From a virus (Duplodnaviria; Heunggongvirae; Uroviricota; Caudoviricetes), in IMG/VR virus record IMGVR_UViG_3300045988_092979, positions 1 to 25,803 of that record: a stretch of DNA of 25,803 bases. The stretch is one strand, 5' to 3'. The translations under genes were made by a program, and so were the position numbers. The notes beneath the pieces were generated by a model. It had not been told where the DNA came from. It made no database searches and saw only the letters and a program-made list of their open reading frames with translations. This document shows positions 24,596-25,803 of this stretch, in pieces (within the stretch, counting starts at the first letter, position 1; each line of letters opens with the position of its first letter).

Positions 24596-25758
24596 TGCTG
24601 GATGCACTGACATTTGATGCAGGCAGTACGCTGACGCCGGATTACATGCTGATGCTCGACAGCAGGGATATTACCGGCAATATCAGCGACCGTCTGATGA
24701 GCATGACCCTGACGGATAACCGGGGCTTTGAGGCTGACCAGCTTGATATTGAACTGAACGATGCCGACGGGCAGGTCGGGCTGCCGGTTCGTGGCGCTGT
24801 CCTGACGGTGTATATCGGCTGGAAAGGTTTTGCCCTGGTATGCAAAGGGAAATTTACCGTTGATGAGGTTGAACACCGGGGCGCACCGGATGTGGTCACC
24901 ATCCGCGCCCGGAGTGCAGATTTTCGCGGGACGCTCAATTCCCGCCGTGAAGGCTCATGGCATGACACCACGCTCGGTGCGATTGTTGAGGCGATAGCCT
25001 CCCGTAATAAGCTGGAAGCCAGTGTCGCTCCGTCACTGGCCGGAATTAAAATCCCGCACATCGACCAGTCGCAGGAGTCTGATGCGAAATTCATGACCCG
25101 TCTTGCAGAACGCAACGGCGGTGAGGTGTCGGTAAAAATGGGAAAACTGTTGTTTCTCAAAGCGGGGCAGGGGGTGACGGCCAGCGGTAAAAAAATCCCG
25201 CAGATTACCATCACCCGCAGCGACGGCGACCGCCATCATTTTGCGATTGCTGACCGTGGAGCCTATACCGGCGTAACGGCAAAGTGGTTACACACCAAAG
25301 ACCCGAAGCCACAAAAGCAGAAGGTAAAACTGAAGCGCAAAAAGAAAGAGAAACACCTGCGCGCACTGGAGCACCCGAAAGCGAAACCAGTCACGCAGAA
25401 GAAAGCGCCAAAAGTACCGGAAGCGCGCGAAGGTGAATACATGGCCGGTGAGGCTGACAACGTTTTTGCCCTGACTACGGTATATGCCACGAAAGCGCAG
25501 GCCATGCGCGCCGCTCAGGCGAAGTGGGATAAGCTGCAACGGGGTGTTGCGGAGTTCTCCATCAGTCTGGCTACTGGTCGGGCAGATATTTACACGGAAA
25601 CGCCGGTCAAAGTGTCAGGCTTTAAGCGCGTCATAGACGAGCAGGACTGGACAATCACTAAGGTGACACATTTTCTGAATAATAGCGGCTTCACGACGTC
25701 CTTGGAGCTTGAGGTCAGGCTTTCTGATGTGGAGTACGAAACAGAAGATGATGAGTGA
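24595..25758 (+). CDS. D: tail protein D (late gene D product)
   Basis: 387 aa as P2 gpD; ATG overlaps the U stop (TAATG). Confidence 0.85.
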   Translation: MLDALTFDAGSTLTPDYMLMLDSRDITGNISDRLMSMTLTDNRGFEADQLDIELNDADGQVGLPVRGAVLTVYIGWKGFALVCKGKFTVDEVEHRGAPDVVTIRARSADFRGTLNSRREGSWHDTTLGAIVEAIASRNKLEASVAPSLAGIKIPHIDQSQESDAKFMTRLAERNGGEVSVKMGKLLFLKAGQGVTASGKKIPQITITRSDGDRHHFAIADRGAYTGVTAKWLHTKDPKPQKQKVKLKRKKKEKHLRALEHPKAKPVTQKKAPKVPEAREGEYMAGEADNVFALTTVYATKAQAMRAAQAKWDKLQRGVAEFSISLATGRADIYTETPVKVSGFKRVIDEQDWTITKVTHFLNNSGFTTSLELEVRLSDVEYETEDDE

Positions 25759-25803
25759 TGTTTTTATTTTATCTGTTTGTTTTATAAGGATAAATTAACT
25801 AAA

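Noticed and set aside
1-25803. tRNA, rRNA, IS elements, integrase or attachment sites
   Set aside because: No cloverleaf-like tRNA segments, terminal inverted repeats with transposase, or integrase gene were recognised. The integration module of P2-like phages lies outside this window.

Overview
This window is a contiguous stretch of a P2-like (Peduovirus-type) temperate phage or prophage from an enterobacterium. From about 4.6 kb onward it carries the P2 late region in canonical order: Q and P on the minus strand, then O-N-M-L-X, the lysis cassette Y-K-lysA-lysB-lysC, R-S, V-W-J-I-H-G, FI-FII-E/E'-T-U-D. Calls rest on reading the supplied translations, gene order and sizes, and recall of P2; no searches were run. 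Two parts are not ordinary P2 backbone. (1) An AT-rich cargo island (about 1166-4340) sits where P2 carries tin/old, next to a sequence I recognise as the P2 cos cohesive end (4388-4406). It holds a canonical C5-cytosine methyltransferase and, convergent to it, a tightly coupled two-gene minus-strand operon: a DUF262/ParB-like protein (motifs PDYQRDFVW and DGSQR) lacking any fused nuclease domain, followed by a protein with an HEPN-type R-x4-H motif. This is the best candidate for an undescribed anti-phage module. (2) Between tail-fibre gene H and sheath gene FI there is a Hin/Gin-type serine invertase with two hix/gix-like 26-bp crossover sites in inverted orientation (17131-17156 inside H; 18722-18747). 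They bound a ~1.6 kb invertible segment, and inversion would fuse the constant part of H in frame to a silent alternative C-terminal cassette. No rRNA, tRNA, CRISPR array or IS element was recognised.
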